This document shows positions 21,408 to 31,431 of a DNA stretch of 62,684 bases, one piece after another; position 1 is the first letter of the stretch, and every line of letters begins with the position of its first letter. The notes under the pieces are model-generated. The model saw only the letters and a program-made list of their open reading frames with translations. It was not told the origin of the DNA and ran no database searches. Source of the stretch: Vicinamibacteria bacterium (GTDB lineage: Bacteria; Acidobacteriota; Vicinamibacteria; Fen-336); contig JAICEW010000002.1 of the NCBI GenBank assembly GCA_025923995.1, forward strand, positions 1 to 62,684, in the 5' to 3' direction. Made by a program: the position numbers and the translations under genes.

Positions 21408-23306
21408 ATGGCAGAGCAGGCGCCGTCGCACGCCACCGAGCGCGAGTCCCGGCAGGTCGCGGAGGCCTCGCGCCAGGCCGAGTGGGAGAAGCCCAGCTTC
21501 ATGCGCGAGCTGTTCCTGGGCACGCTGCGGATGGATCTCATCCACCCCTTCCCGCTGCCCGGGACGGAGCGGCCCGAGTTCCGCAGCTTCTTCGAGAAGC
21601 TGGTCCGCTTCCTCCAGGAGGAGGTGGACCCGGTCACCATCGACACCACCGGCGAGTACCCGGCGCACGTGGTCGACGGCCTGCGCCGGCTGGGCGCGTT
21701 CGGCATGAAGATCCCCACCGCCTACGGCGGCCTCGGCTTCACCAACGTCGAGTACAACCGCGTGATGACGCTGCTGGGCAGCTACGAGGGGAACCTCTGC
21801 GCCCTGCTCTCCGCGCACCAGTCGATCGGCGTGCCCCAGCCGCTCAAGCTGTTCGGGACCGAGGAGCAGAAGAAGAAGTTCCTCCCCCGCTGCGCCGCGG
21901 GCGAGATCTCCGCGTTCGCGCTGACCGAGATGGACGTGGGCTCCGACCCCGCGCGCATGTCCACGACGGCGGTGAAGACGCCGGACGGCGCCGCGTACGT
22001 GCTGAACGGCACGAAGCTGTGGTGCACGAACGGGACCATGGCGAAGCTGCTGGTCGTCATGGCCACGGACCCGAAGACGAAGAAGATCTCGGCGTTCGTG
22101 GTCGAGACCGACTGGCCGGGCGTGACGGTCGAGCATCGCTGCCGCTTCATGGGCCTGCGCGCGCTGGCCAACGCGGTCATCAGCTTCAAGGACGTCCGCG
22201 TGCCGGCGGAGAGCCTGATCGGCGCGGAAGGCCGGGGGCTCAAGATCGCGCTCACCACGCTCAACGACGGCCGCCTCTCGATCCCGAACACCTCGGTGGG
22301 CACGGCCAAGTCGTGCCTGGCCATCGTCCGCAAGTGGGCCGCTGAGCGCGTCCAGTGGGGACGCCCGGTCGGCAAGCACGAGGCGGTCGCGCACATGATC
22401 GCGGACATGGCGGCGCGCACGTTCGCCATGGAGTCGGTCGCGAACCTGGCGACCGAGATGTCGGACCACAAGGGCTACGACATCCGCCTGGAGGCGGCCG
22501 CGGCCAAGGAGTGGAACACGTTCCGCACCTGGGAGATGGTCGACGACACGATGCAGATCCGCGGCGGGCGCGGGTACGAGACGGAGTCATCGCTCGCCTC
22601 GCGCGGGGAAGCGCCCATCGGCGTCGAGCGCATGATGCGCGACTACCGCATCAACAAGATCTTCGAGGGCTCGACGGAGATCATGCACCTGTTCATGGCC
22701 CGCGAGATGGTGGACAAGCACCTCGCGGTCGCGGGCGACCTGATCGATCCCGACAAGGGGTTCGGCGCCAAGCTGGGGGCGCTGCCGGGGATGGCGGCGT
22801 TCTACGCCTGGTGGTACCCCACGCGCTGGCTGGGCTGGGGCTTCTGGCCGCGCTTCTCCTCCTTCGGTCCGCTGGCCGGCGACCTGCGGTTCGTGGACCG
22901 CGCCGCGCGGCGGCTGGCGCGCGCCAGCTTCCACGGCATGCTGGTCTACCAGGCGAAGCTGCAGAACAAGCAGGCGTTCCTGTTCCGGTTGGTGGACATC
23001 GCGAACGAGCTGTTCGCGATGGCGGCGTCGCTCTCGCGCGCGGAAGCGCTGCGCGCCTCCGGCTCGCCGCAGGCCGCGGAAGCGCGCGACCTGGCGCTGC
23101 AGTTCTGACGCGGCGCGCGGCGGCGCATCAAGGCGCTCTTCCGCGACCTGTGGAGCAACGACGACACGGAGCGGTATCGCACGGCCGCTGACGTCCTGAA
23201 GGGCCGCCACGTCTGGCTCGAGGGCGGCATCATGGCGCACCAGCCCGCGCCGGCCCAGGCGCCGCGGAGCACGGAGCCGGCGTCCGAGACCGCCGGGGTG
23301 GCTTAG
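21408..23306 (+). pseudogene. Acyl-CoA dehydrogenase with in-frame TGA at 23106-23108 (nonsense allele, sequencing error or readthrough)
   Basis: SAHQSIG, AFALTE..GSD, LNGTKLWCTNG, GRGYE, RINKIFEGSTEIM; frame continues after TGA as RGARRRIKALFRDLWSNDD...WLEGGI to TAG 23306, 3 nt before the next gene. Confidence 0.7.
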
Positions 23307-23309
23307 GCC

Positions 23310-24323
23310 ATGGCCGCCGAGAACAGGCAGTGGAAGCTGGTGGCGCGCCCCGACGGCCCGGTCAAGCGCAGCGACTTCGAGTGGGTGACGTCGCCGGCAG
23401 CGGCGCCGGGCCCGGGCCAGGTGCTGGTGCGCGTGCTCTACGTGTCGCTCGACCCGGCCATGCGCGGCTGGATGACCGACCGGCGCTCGTACATCCCGCC
23501 GGTCGCGCTGGGCGACGTCATGCGCGCGATCGGCGTGGGGCGCGTCGTCGAGTCGAGCGATCCCGCCCTCTCCCCCGGTGACCACGTCACCGGCCTGACG
23601 GGACTTCAGGACTACGCCGTGATGGCGGCCAAGGACCTCGTGCGCATCGACCCGCGCCTGGCTCCCCTGCCGCGCTTCCTGGGCGCGCTGGGCGGGTCGG
23701 GCATGACGGCCTACTTCGGTCTCCTCGACGTGGGCCAGCCCAGGGCCGGCGACACGGTGGTGGTCTCGGCGGCGGCGGGCTCGGTCGGCTCGCTCGTCGG
23801 CCAGATCGCGCGCATCCAGGGCTGCCGCGCCATCGGGATCGCCGGCGGGCCCGGGAAGTGCGCGTCCGTCCGCGACGAGCTGGGCTTCGACGCCGTGATC
23901 GACTACAAGAACGAGGACGTGGCCGCAGGCCTCAAGCAGCACTGCCCGAAGGGCATCGACGTCTACTTCGACAACGTGGGCGGCGAGATCCTGGACCATG
24001 CGCTGGCCCGCCTCGCCCGCAAGGCCCGCGTCGTCATCTGCGGCGCGATCTCGCAGTACGACAATCGCGATGCGGCTCCGGGCCCGAAGAACTACCTCTC
24101 GCTGCTCGTCAACCGCGCGCGCATGGAGGGGTTCATCGTCTTCGACTACGCCGCGCGCTACGGCGAGGGCGCGCAGGCGATCGCCCGCTGGATCGCGGAG
24201 GGCAAGCTCAAGACGAGCGAGCAGGTCGAGGACGGCCTCGAGAGCTTCCCCGAGGTGTTCCTGAAGCTGTTCCGCGGCGAGAACACGGGCAAGCTCGTGC
24301 TCAGGGTCGATCCGGCCGCCTGA
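23310..24323 (+). CDS. NADP-dependent oxidoreductase (prostaglandin reductase/CurA-like MDR)
   Basis: YVSLDPAMRGWM, TAYFGLLDVG, VVSAAAGSVGS, DVYFDNVGG, ENTGKL. Confidence 0.93.
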   Translation: MAAENRQWKLVARPDGPVKRSDFEWVTSPAAAPGPGQVLVRVLYVSLDPAMRGWMTDRRSYIPPVALGDVMRAIGVGRVVESSDPALSPGDHVTGLTGLQDYAVMAAKDLVRIDPRLAPLPRFLGALGGSGMTAYFGLLDVGQPRAGDTVVVSAAAGSVGSLVGQIARIQGCRAIGIAGGPGKCASVRDELGFDAVIDYKNEDVAAGLKQHCPKGIDVYFDNVGGEILDHALARLARKARVVICGAISQYDNRDAAPGPKNYLSLLVNRARMEGFIVFDYAARYGEGAQAIARWIAEGKLKTSEQVEDGLESFPEVFLKLFRGENTGKLVLRVDPAA

Positions 24324-25473
24324 CGCGCGGCGCCAGCGCTGCCTCGTTCAGCCCCAGGACCATCAGCGCCAACGCGACCAGGCCGCGGGCCAGCATCTCG
24401 AGGCCGTACGCGCTCGCCATCAGGCCCAGCAGCGACGGCCACAGCGCCTGGCCCAGCGCGGCCGCGGCGATCTGGAAGCCGACCGCGTTCGGCGCGTGGT
24501 GCACACCCAGCCGCCCCGGCGTCTCCGCGATGAGCGTGGGGAAGATGGGGCCCGCGGCCGCGCCCGCGACCACGAGGCCGACCAGGTCGAGCGAGGGCGA
24601 CACCGCCGCGGCGAACAGACCGAGGCCGGACGCGAGCAACGCCATCGAGGAGCGCAGGAGCACGCGAGCGCCCAGCCGCGTGACCAGGGCGGCGCCGACG
24701 AGACGGCCGCCGGTCAGGCCGACCCAGTAGAGGCTCGTCCACGCTCCTGCGACCGCCGTGGGCCGTCCGCGTCCCTCCGTGAGGACCGTGAACGCCCAGG
24801 CGCCGATTCCCAGCTCCAGGCCGGTGTAGCACACGAACAGCAGGATCCCGACGCCCGCCGTCGGCCGGCGCAGCGTCTGCGCGATCGAGGGCGCCGGTCC
24901 CGTCTCGTGCGTGGGGGTCGCCTCGGGCCACGCGCGCCGCGTCGCGGCGAACGCGATCGCGAGCACGACCTGGGCCAGCGCGACCGTCACGTAGCCGACC
25001 TGCCAGGGCTCGTTCGCGGCCAGGACCGCCGTCATCAGCGCGGGACCGGTGGCCGCGCCCACGCCCCAGCACGCGTGGAGGACGTTGAGGAAGCGCGGAC
25101 CGTGCCGCAGCGCCGCGTAGGTGTTGATGCCGGTGTCGATCCCGCCCGCCCCGAAGCCGGCCAGCAGCCCGAGCCCGATCACGATCCACCACGAGGAGCT
25201 GGCGGCGTAGCCGAACAGGCTCACGGCGGTCGCCGCGCAGCTCAGCGCGAGCACACCGCCCAGGCCGAGCGCGCGCATCGCTCGGCCTCCCGCGAAGCTG
25301 GAGAGCACGAAGCCTGCGGTCGTCGCGGTGAGCAGCGCTCCCAGCGCGTCGAGCGGCACGCCGAACGTCCGGCGCATCGAGGGCCAGGCGACGCCGAGGA
25401 GGCCGTCGGGGAGACCGAGGCCGACGAAGGCGATCCCCGCGAGGATGGCGAGCCCGGCTCCGCTCGTGCGCAT
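24301..25473 (-). CDS. MFS transporter
   Basis: About 12 hydrophobic helices; GLPDGLLGVAWPSMR, GPIFPTLI. Confidence 0.85.
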   Translation of the reverse strand: MRTSGAGLAILAGIAFVGLGLPDGLLGVAWPSMRRTFGVPLDALGALLTATTAGFVLSSFAGGRAMRALGLGGVLALSCAATAVSLFGYAASSSWWIVIGLGLLAGFGAGGIDTGINTYAALRHGPRFLNVLHACWGVGAATGPALMTAVLAANEPWQVGYVTVALAQVVLAIAFAATRRAWPEATPTHETGPAPSIAQTLRRPTAGVGILLFVCYTGLELGIGAWAFTVLTEGRGRPTAVAGAWTSLYWVGLTGGRLVGAALVTRLGARVLLRSSMALLASGLGLFAAAVSPSLDLVGLVVAGAAAGPIFPTLIAETPGRLGVHHAPNAVGFQIAAAALGQALWPSLLGLMASAYGLEMLARGLVALALMVLGLNEAALAPRVRRPDRP

Positions 25474-25596
25474 CCTGTCCAGGCCGACGCGAGTCCCTAC
25501 AGGACGTCGCGCAGGAGACGGCGGAAGCCGGGAAGCACAGTTCATCGTAGCACTGCGATTGAGAGGCGCCGCGGCAGGTCCGGCCGACTCGGAGAA

Positions 25597-26547
25597 TCAG
25601 CCGCGTGGCCGCGCGCGCTTCACGGCGACCGCCAGCAACGCGGCCGCGACGAGCGCGCACAGCGCGTCGCCGACGTGGTCGAGCGCGCCCTGGCCGCCCA
25701 CGACCGGGGATTGCACGAACGCGTACCACGCGTAGGTCATGAGCGCGCCGCCCGCCAGCGCCACCACGTGGCGATCCCCCCAGCCGGGTCGGGCCGACCA
25801 CGTGCGAACGGCCGCCGCGGCCATCACGATCAGCGCGACCTCGATGGCGGCGACGGTCCAGCCGCCCACGAGCCGCCGCGCGCCCATGAACGCGCTGGCC
25901 GCCGCCAACGACAGCAGCCCGACCGTCAGCTGGGGCGGCGCGTGTCCGGTCGCGACCTCGCGCTGCGCGCGCACGCGCGATGCCGCGGCGATCGCTCCCA
26001 GCGCGACCAGGACGGCGCCGCCGAGCTGGGCGGGTGACGCGATGAACTGCTGCTGCCCATACGTGATGGCCGCCGTGAGCCCGGCGCCCAGCAGGAAGAG
26101 GACCGCGCTCACCGCGATGCCGACCCCACCGAGCCAGGGCTCTCGCGCGCGGGCCGGCGCGAGCGCCTCGGCCAGCGCGATGGGGACGGCCATGCTCCAC
26201 ACCGTGTGGAGCGTCAGCACGAAGACGGTCCACCAGGCGCCCATCCCGAGCCAGGGCACGTACCCCTCGCGCAGCAGGTCGAGGCCGAGGTATCCGGGGT
26301 TGAACAGCGTCTGGACGACGAGGCCCTCCTCGACGACCGCGTACGCGAACGCGAGCAGCAGGATCGCGGGCCAGCCTCCTCTCATCCGACGCCCGGCCTC
26401 GCGGACCAGGAGCGCGCCGCCCCCGTACAGGGGAGCGAGCACCAGGCCGGTCACGACCTGGTCGATCCCGATCGTTCCGAGCAGGAACTCCGCGACGAAC
26501 GGCGACAGGACGAACAACGTGAGCGCCGGACCGACTCCCCCGCTCAT
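25597..26547 (-). CDS. Hypothetical polytopic membrane protein
   Basis: Multiple TM segments; LYGGGALLVRE, YAVVEEGL, TLFNP. Confidence 0.7.
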   Translation of the reverse strand: MSGGVGPALTLFVLSPFVAEFLLGTIGIDQVVTGLVLAPLYGGGALLVREAGRRMRGGWPAILLLAFAYAVVEEGLVVQTLFNPGYLGLDLLREGYVPWLGMGAWWTVFVLTLHTVWSMAVPIALAEALAPARAREPWLGGVGIAVSAVLFLLGAGLTAAITYGQQQFIASPAQLGGAVLVALGAIAAASRVRAQREVATGHAPPQLTVGLLSLAAASAFMGARRLVGGWTVAAIEVALIVMAAAAVRTWSARPGWGDRHVVALAGGALMTYAWYAFVQSPVVGGQGALDHVGDALCALVAAALLAVAVKRARPRG

Positions 26548-26696
26548 CTCGAGGGACTCTACGATGCCGACGGCGGGTTCGCCTCGTCACCCGCCGACTC
26601 GTGGCGTGCGCTGGCCGGTTCGCGGGCCGTCCGACGTCCCGACCGACCTGACGCCTGGAGCGCATGAAAGGCCGAAGGACTCCCTATCATTGCCGT

Positions 26697-27968
26697 GTGA
26701 ACCACGCGGTCTACTGGCAGCGGGGCGGGACTCCGTCGGTCACGCCCCTGCGCGGCCACACGCGCTGCGACGTGGTGGTCGTGGGCGGCGGCATGGCCGG
26801 CCTCACCTGCGCCGACGTCCTGGCCCAGCGAGGCGTCCGCGTCGCCCTGCTGGAGCAGCGCTACTGCGGCGCGGGAGCCAGCGGGCTGTCGTCAGGCTTC
26901 GTCACGCCGGACTCGGAGCTGGCGCTGCACGACCTGGTGACGAGCCTGGGCGAGGCTCGCGGCCGCCGGCTCTGGGACTTCGCGTCCGGCGGCGTCGCGC
27001 GCATCCGCGGGACGATCGAGCGGTTCGGCCTCGACTGCGACCACCAGGTCCAGGACTCCCTGCTCGTCGCGCGGTCGGCCCGCGCGTACCGCAAGGCCGT
27101 CGAGCCCGAGCACCGGACCCGTTCCGCGCAGGGCGAGGGCTCGACGCTGTACGACCGCGAGTCGCTTCGCCCGGTCCTGGCCGCGCGCGACGTCCACGGC
27201 GGCGTCCGCTACGGCGACACGTTCGGCATCGACTCGTACGCGTACTGCCGCGGGGTCCGCGACGCGCTCGAGCGGTGCGGCGTCTCGATCCACGAAGGGA
27301 CGCCCGCGCTGCGCCTGACCGCGGGCGGAGTCGAGACCCCGACCGGCAGCGTGGGGGCGGACGCGATCGCCGTGTTCACCGACCGCTGGCTGGCCGCTCT
27401 GGGCCTCGCGCCCGCGGCGGTCGGCGAGGTCCAGACGTTCCTGGCGGTGTCGCAGCCGCTGCGTGACGACGAGCTGCGCGCGATCTTTCCGGCCGAGCCA
27501 CTCATGGTCTGGGACACCGACCTCGTGTACCAGTACTTCCGCGCGATCGGCGGCGGGCGGCTGCTCGTCGGCGCGTCCGACCTGCGCGAGACGTACGCGC
27601 GGCGCGAGGCGCGCCGGAGCCCGCGGGTCCTGCGGCGCATGCGGCGCTACCTCGCCCGGCAGTTCCCTTCGGTGCGGATCGAGCTCGAATGGTTCTGGCC
27701 GGGCCGGCTCGGGGTGAGCAAGGACTTCCTGCCGATCCTGGGCCGGGGCGACGCGCGACGCTTCTTCGCCGGCGCGGGAGCGGGCCTGCCGTGGGCGGCC
27801 GCGCTCGGCGCCTACGTGGCCGACGCGATGACGCACGGACGGCAGGAGCTGGACCAGGAGCTCTCCCCCGCGCGTCGCTTCGCGGTCGGCTCCCGGGTCC
27901 AGCGCGTCCTGGGGAAGCCGGTGGCGTTCGCGCTGAGCCACGCGGCCGCGAAGTACTTGCGGCGGTAG
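26697..27968 (+). CDS. FAD-dependent oxidoreductase (DAO/PuuB-like)
   Basis: DVVVVGGGMAGL, GASGLSSG, WFWPG...D.LP; TATCAT 6 nt before GTG. Confidence 0.88.
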   Translation: MNHAVYWQRGGTPSVTPLRGHTRCDVVVVGGGMAGLTCADVLAQRGVRVALLEQRYCGAGASGLSSGFVTPDSELALHDLVTSLGEARGRRLWDFASGGVARIRGTIERFGLDCDHQVQDSLLVARSARAYRKAVEPEHRTRSAQGEGSTLYDRESLRPVLAARDVHGGVRYGDTFGIDSYAYCRGVRDALERCGVSIHEGTPALRLTAGGVETPTGSVGADAIAVFTDRWLAALGLAPAAVGEVQTFLAVSQPLRDDELRAIFPAEPLMVWDTDLVYQYFRAIGGGRLLVGASDLRETYARREARRSPRVLRRMRRYLARQFPSVRIELEWFWPGRLGVSKDFLPILGRGDARRFFAGAGAGLPWAAALGAYVADAMTHGRQELDQELSPARRFAVGSRVQRVLGKPVAFALSHAAAKYLRR

Positions 27969-28192
27969 ACGAAGGGGACGTCGCGGTTGTGCCACGGATT
28001 GTGTGAGGGCGGTCACGTGGTTCGCGGGTCCTGGCAAAAATGTTTGGCGTTCGACGGATGGCAGACGTATAAGAAGTGACCGCACCCTCCCTACCATTCC
28101 GGCAAGGCTGGTAGCCGCACCCCGGTCGACACGTGTCGGATCCGCATGGGGACCGGGCAAGGGCCGGCCGCAGCGGAGCCGTCGGAGGTCAC

Positions 28193-29359
28193 ATGGCGCA
28201 GAAGCACATCGTTCTCCGGAGCAACCGCTCCGCCACCGGCGACATCTTCCTGGGGCCGACGCCGACGGAGGCCCCGTCCGCCGGGATCAAGGTCGACGTC
28301 GAGGACCTCGATCCGGCGAAGGTCGGCCGGCTGACCCAGCAGCGCGACGTCGTCGCCGTCGCGCCGTCCATCCCGATGAAGCTGGTCAGCCCGTTCGACG
28401 TCACGGCGCAGCCGGCGGCCACGTCGAGCTGGGGGATCGCGGCCGTCGGGGCGGACACGACGCCGTTCACGGGAGCCGGCGTGGTGGTCTCCGTCCTCGA
28501 TACGGGAATCGACGCGGCCCACCCGGCCTTCGCGGGCGTGCAGGTGGTCGAGAAGGACTTCACCGGCGAAGGCGACGGCGACCAGCACGGCCACGGGACC
28601 CACTGCGCCGGCACCATCTTCGGGCGCGACGTCGCCGGCGCGCGCATCGGCCTGGCGCGGGGCGTCACGAAGGCGCTGATCGGCAAGGTGCTCGGGAACC
28701 AGGGCGGGTCGAGCGAGTCGATCGTGACGGCCATCCAGTGGGCCGTCGAGAACGGGGCGCACGTGATCTCGATGTCGCTCGGCATCGACTTCCCGGGCCT
28801 GGTGGCCGAGCTGCAGGCGGACGGCTTCCCGCCCGAGCTGGCGGCGAGCCGGGCCCTCGAGGGCTACCGGGCCAACGTCCAGCTCTTCGAGCGGCTGGCC
28901 GCCCTCGTCCGCGCACAGGGCGCCTTCCGGCAGGCGACGCTCACGGTCGCCGCGGCCGGCAACGAGAGCCAGCGCAACGTGGACCCGAGGTTCGTCATCG
29001 CGGTCAGCCCGCCTGCCGTCGCCGAGGGCATCGTCTCGGTCGCGGCGCTGGGCCAGAGCCCGCAGGGGCTCACGGTCGCGCCCTTCTCGAACACCGGCGC
29101 GAACGTCGCGGCACCGGGCGTCGCGATCGTCTCGGCCAAGCCGGGCGGTGGACTCCAGAGCATGAGTGGTACGAGCATGGCGACGCCGCACGTCGCGGGG
29201 CTGGCCGCGCTGTGGGCCGAGAAGATCATGGGCGTGGCGCCGCTCACCGGCCTGCAGCTGACCGCGCGCCTGGTCGCCTCCGGGACCATGACCGGCCTCG
29301 CGCCGGGCGTCGACCCGGTGGACGTCGGCGTCGGTCTGGTGAAGGCGCCCCAGGCGTGA
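28193..29359 (+). CDS. S8 (subtilase) serine protease, no signal peptide
   Basis: GGAGG SD; triad VLDTG / HGHGTHCAG / GTSMATPHVAG; oxyanion AAAGNES. Confidence 0.93.
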   Translation: MAQKHIVLRSNRSATGDIFLGPTPTEAPSAGIKVDVEDLDPAKVGRLTQQRDVVAVAPSIPMKLVSPFDVTAQPAATSSWGIAAVGADTTPFTGAGVVVSVLDTGIDAAHPAFAGVQVVEKDFTGEGDGDQHGHGTHCAGTIFGRDVAGARIGLARGVTKALIGKVLGNQGGSSESIVTAIQWAVENGAHVISMSLGIDFPGLVAELQADGFPPELAASRALEGYRANVQLFERLAALVRAQGAFRQATLTVAAAGNESQRNVDPRFVIAVSPPAVAEGIVSVAALGQSPQGLTVAPFSNTGANVAAPGVAIVSAKPGGGLQSMSGTSMATPHVAGLAALWAEKIMGVAPLTGLQLTARLVASGTMTGLAPGVDPVDVGVGLVKAPQA

Positions 29360-29374
29360 CGCGCGGAGGGACCG

Positions 29375-30151
29375 ATGAGCAATGCTGACGTCGAGAAGGC
29401 GCGAGCGTTCGTCAAGAGCCTGGCGCTGCCTGCCAGCCCGCCGGTCATGCTCGGTGCGGCGGGGTCGGAGCTCGAGTTCGACGCCGCCAGGCAGGACGCG
29501 GCCGTCGTCGGGTCGGACGTCGTCGCCTTCGTGAAGGAGGTCACGCCCGAGCAGCGCAACGACGTCGTGAACGCCACGCTGCTCGCCCAGCTGGTCGCGA
29601 ACAAGGCGCACCCCGACCCGAAGGCAATGCCCCAGGTGCTGGCCTGGTTCGACACCTACTTCGAGACGCTCTCGCAGATCGGCTTCGCCACCCAGGACCT
29701 GGGCTTCGCGGAGTACACCGCGGGCGGCGACACGTTCGAGGCCCATCAGGCCATCCTCGAAGTCGCGGCGACGCTGCTGGTGGGATCGCCGGGCGCGATC
29801 GTGATCGTGAAGAAGACCCTGGAGGCGCTGCAGAAGATGGACGCCGACAGCCCGTGGATCACGCTCTTCCATCGCGAGAGCCAGTCGGCCAACACGGCCC
29901 GCGTCCAGATGTCGGTCGTCGAGGACGACCAGAACGGTGGCTTCCTGCTGTCCACGATCGCGTTCGGCCTGGAGGCCGAGAAGAAGGTCACGCAGGTGCT
30001 GTTCTTCCGCTTCCAGAAGAACCGCCTGAAGCTGCGCCACCACATGGGCAAGGCGACCATCAGCCCCGACGTCCTGGCCGGCGTGCGCGACCAGGTGCGG
30101 CAGAAGGTGGTCGCCTTCTCGACCAGCTTCGTGGCCGGGCTCGAGGTGTAG
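29375..30151 (+). CDS. Hypothetical protein, possibly Cyt/volvatoxin-like alpha/beta pore-forming fold
   Basis: Clean 258-aa ORF with SD, 15 nt after the protease; confidence refers to the CDS, the fold is remote-motif inference only. Confidence 0.75.
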   Translation: MSNADVEKARAFVKSLALPASPPVMLGAAGSELEFDAARQDAAVVGSDVVAFVKEVTPEQRNDVVNATLLAQLVANKAHPDPKAMPQVLAWFDTYFETLSQIGFATQDLGFAEYTAGGDTFEAHQAILEVAATLLVGSPGAIVIVKKTLEALQKMDADSPWITLFHRESQSANTARVQMSVVEDDQNGGFLLSTIAFGLEAEKKVTQVLFFRFQKNRLKLRHHMGKATISPDVLAGVRDQVRQKVVAFSTSFVAGLEV

Positions 30152-30182
30152 CGGAGGGCCAGGCACGGGCTCGCGTTCGCTG

Positions 30183-30211
30183 TTTCACATGTGGCGGGCG
30201 AGGGCTAGAAT
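30183..30211 (+). promoter_or_regulatory. Putative promoter for the TIR-ATPase pair
   Basis: TTTCAC (30183-30188), 17 nt, TAGAAT (30206-30211). Confidence 0.45.
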
Positions 30212-30276
30212 CCGAGCACACGATCCGCATGGAGCGGGGCGCAGGTCGGGACTGCGTCGCTTCCGGGAGGGAACGG

Positions 30277-31431
30277 TTGGCGGCTCCGTTCTTCTTCAGC
30301 TACGCCCATAACGACGTCGACGATCAACTGAACTACTTCTACGACGAGTTGAGCAGCCGGGTCCGCAAGCTGACCGGCGTCTCGCTGAACGGGTTCAGGG
30401 ACACGGACGACATGCGCGCCGGCGAGCTCTGGGGAACCCGACTGTCCGCGGAGCTCAACTCCTGCCGGGCGCTCGTCGCGCTGTACTCGCCTTCGTACTT
30501 CAACAGCCGCATCTGCGCGCGCGAGCTGCAGGTCTTCCTCGAGCGCCGGCGCAAATACATGCTGGAGAAGACCGGGCGCCGGCCGGCCGCCATCATCCCC
30601 GTGCTCTGGCAGGTATCCGAGATCCCGAGGTCCCTGCCGGACTTCCACTACGAGGCCCCGCGGTCGGAGAGCCTCAAGGGGAAGGAAGGCGTCTGGTACG
30701 TTCGCAAGATCCGCCGCCACAACGAGTTCGACGCCATCATCCATTCGGTGGCCAAGCGCGTGAAGGAGTCCATGGCGGTGGATCTGCCCGCCCTGCCCTA
30801 CGAGCCGGTGCTCACGGGCGTCACGAGCGCATTCGAGCCACCGCCGCTCCCGCCGGCGGAGTTCGACGCCGCCGGTGCCGAGGCGGGGCCTCGGTGCGCG
30901 ACCTTCGTCTTCGCGAACGCGCCGGCGTGGACGGCGTGGCCGTTCAGCCCCGGGCACGATCCGCTTCTCCACATCGCGGCCGCGGTGGCCAAGGGCAAGG
31001 ATCTCGAGACGCACCAGCTGACGTTCGATCCGACCGACCCCCACCTGCTCGAACGCCTGAAGGCTGCACGCACCGCCAACAACCTCGTGCTGTTCTTCGT
31101 GGACGGCACCAGCCTCTCGAATCCGGTCGTCGCCCAGCGGCTGCGCGAGTACGACCGCGAGAAGTACGACTCGATGGGGACGCTGGTCGTCTGGCCTCCT
31201 GGCGCCAGGGTCGCGCGCGACGTCGTGAGCCAGGTCTTTCCCAACCTCAGCGCCAGGCAGCCTCCGCTCTTCTGGCACGAGCTCCAGGAGCCCAGGCCTT
31301 TCGCGGACGCGGTCGGCGACAGCCTCGACCGGCTGTCGAACGAGGTGCTCAGGACCGCGACCACCGAGTCGCCCGCGGCGCCAGCCGTCTACGGGACCGT
31401 CCCCATCGTCAGCAACCGGATCGCGACCTGA
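30277..31431 (+). CDS. TIR domain protein, FxsC-like
   Basis: GGGAGG then TTG; FFFSYAHND, GFRD...RAGELW, LVALYSPSYFNSRICARE (conserved Glu), IIPVLW. Confidence 0.85.
   Translation: MAAPFFFSYAHNDVDDQLNYFYDELSSRVRKLTGVSLNGFRDTDDMRAGELWGTRLSAELNSCRALVALYSPSYFNSRICARELQVFLERRRKYMLEKTGRRPAAIIPVLWQVSEIPRSLPDFHYEAPRSESLKGKEGVWYVRKIRRHNEFDAIIHSVAKRVKESMAVDLPALPYEPVLTGVTSAFEPPPLPPAEFDAAGAEAGPRCATFVFANAPAWTAWPFSPGHDPLLHIAAAVAKGKDLETHQLTFDPTDPHLLERLKAARTANNLVLFFVDGTSLSNPVVAQRLREYDREKYDSMGTLVVWPPGARVARDVVSQVFPNLSARQPPLFWHELQEPRPFADAVGDSLDRLSNEVLRTATTESPAAPAVYGTVPIVSNRIAT

Noticed and set aside
23109-23145. SECIS element after the in-frame TGA
   Set aside because: Only a short GCGC/GCGC stem; no convincing bacterial SECIS
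28032-28048. Sigma54 promoter (TGGCA...TTGG)
   Set aside because: -24/-12 spacing is off by one and the -12 lacks GC
29854-31431. FxSxx-COOH RiPP cluster around the FxsC-like TIR
   Set aside because: No precursor peptide, radical SAM or aKG-HExxH gene nearby
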